32,000 nucleotides of DNA from Erysipelotrichaceae bacterium MTC7 (GTDB taxonomy: Bacteria > Bacillota_I > Bacilli_A > Erysipelotrichales > Erysipelotrichaceae): assembly GCA_001695645.1 (NCBI GenBank), contig LVZN01000034.1, positions 30,001 through 62,000 of the forward strand, given 5' to 3'. Made by a program: the position numbers and the translations under genes. Below, piece after piece: positions 31,401 through 32,000 of the stretch; position 1 is the first letter of the stretch, and every line of letters starts with the position of its first letter. Below the pieces are notes generated by a model. It had not been told where the DNA came from. It saw only the letters and a program-made list of their open reading frames with translations, and searched no databases.

Positions 31401-32000
31401 TTGAAGAACTGGATAAATCGTATTCCAAAGCTTGTACTGGATAAAGTAAAGGCATCCGGTAAAACAGGGGTCGAATGGCTTGAGAGTTTAGATTATCTTA
31501 TATATATTTTGGAGAAAAGATGGGAGATTGAAGTGATAAAAGTCCTTGAAGGCGGCACCCACGCCTTTATTGGAGAAGCTATTACTCAAAGTAGCAAAAG
31601 GGTAATATTAAAACTATCAATGCATGAAATGATAGGTGAAACCGAATTCGAGAATGAAATTAAAGCTCTTGAATTGGCAGATGGAAATGGCTATGTTCAA
31701 TTACTTCAGTATGATTTAAGTTGTGGCGCAGCATTATTGGAACAACTCGGTAAACCGCTTAAAATCCTAAATTTTCCAGTCAATAATCAAATAGAAATAA
31801 TCTGTAATACTTTAAGAAAGTCTTGGATTGAAATTCCGAATGGTACTAATCTCCAAGATGGAAAGGATATTTGCTCTTTCTTTTCCAATTTTTTTGATGG
31901 CCTGTACAAAGAATTTTCTACCCTGATTTCTAGAAAAACTATGGATAAAGTGCTTATGGTATGTGAATCTCGTTTGGATGCATTTATTCCAGAGAAATCT
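31401..32000 (+). CDS. Aminoglycoside phosphotransferase, APH(6)/streptomycin-kinase-like family, 5' part (runs off the window)
   Basis: My own translation from TTG 31401 (after GGGGGTG) is LKNWINRIPKLVLDKV...WLESL...RWEIEVIKVLEGGTHAFIGEAI...VILKLSMHE...ENEIKALELADGNGYVQLL..D...GAALLEQLG. This follows the APH(6)/APH_6_hur N-lobe pattern. The frame is open to the window end. Confidence 0.75.
   Translation, partial: MKNWINRIPKLVLDKVKASGKTGVEWLESLDYLIYILEKRWEIEVIKVLEGGTHAFIGEAITQSSKRVILKLSMHEMIGETEFENEIKALELADGNGYVQLLQYDLSCGAALLEQLGKPLKILNFPVNNQIEIICNTLRKSWIEIPNGTNLQDGKDICSFFSNFFDGLYKEFSTLISRKTMDKVLMVCESRLDAFIPEKS

Overview
Every supportable gene in this window (about 45) is on the + strand. 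Positions 1 to ~27.2 kb look like the right arm of a temperate HK97-like siphovirus prophage from a Firmicutes (Clostridia-like) host. In order it carries:
- A pre-terminase accessory or modification island: the 3' end of metK, a ParB-nuclease-domain DNA methyltransferase, a conserved unknown, a DUF4314-like protein, an Amidoligase_2-type enzyme, an AIG2/GGCT cyclotransferase and a DUF5049-like protein.
- The large terminase.
- An AT-rich RibD_C/DHFR-family moron with its own promoter and terminator.
- Portal, ClpP-like prohead protease, HK97-type major capsid protein and head-tail joining genes.
- Major tail protein and a tail chaperone pair with a canonical A_AAA_AAC -1 frameshift.
- A tape measure protein with a 22/44-aa repeat array.
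- Dit and a Tal-like protein with an unusual N-terminal LamG extension.
- Two small ORFs in the same reading frame as Tal, separated only by single TAA and TAG codons.
- A large GH18-type tail protein with nested lectin-like insertions.
- Holin and an Amidase_2-SPOR endolysin.
- A tightly coupled integration module: small ORF, large serine recombinase, catalytic-domain-less Recombinase-domain protein, second large serine recombinase.

Downstream of a strong terminator (~27.19 kb) the sequence becomes more AT-rich. It holds a co-directional array:
- An RHH-like protein and a 334-aa unknown, behind a near-consensus promoter decorated with ATTAGT repeats.
- A nucleotidyltransferase, a class I methyltransferase, an ANT(6) adenylyltransferase and the 5' part of an APH(6)-like kinase.

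I saw no rRNA, tRNA or CRISPR array.

Most worth a second look:
- The amidoligase/GGCT cassette, with its duplicated promoter motif and a C-terminal module shared between two proteins.
- The in-frame-stop architecture at the tail tip.
- The tandem serine recombinases.
- The uncharacterised RHH + 334-aa cassette at the prophage edge.

All family assignments come from motif recognition by eye. No searches were run.
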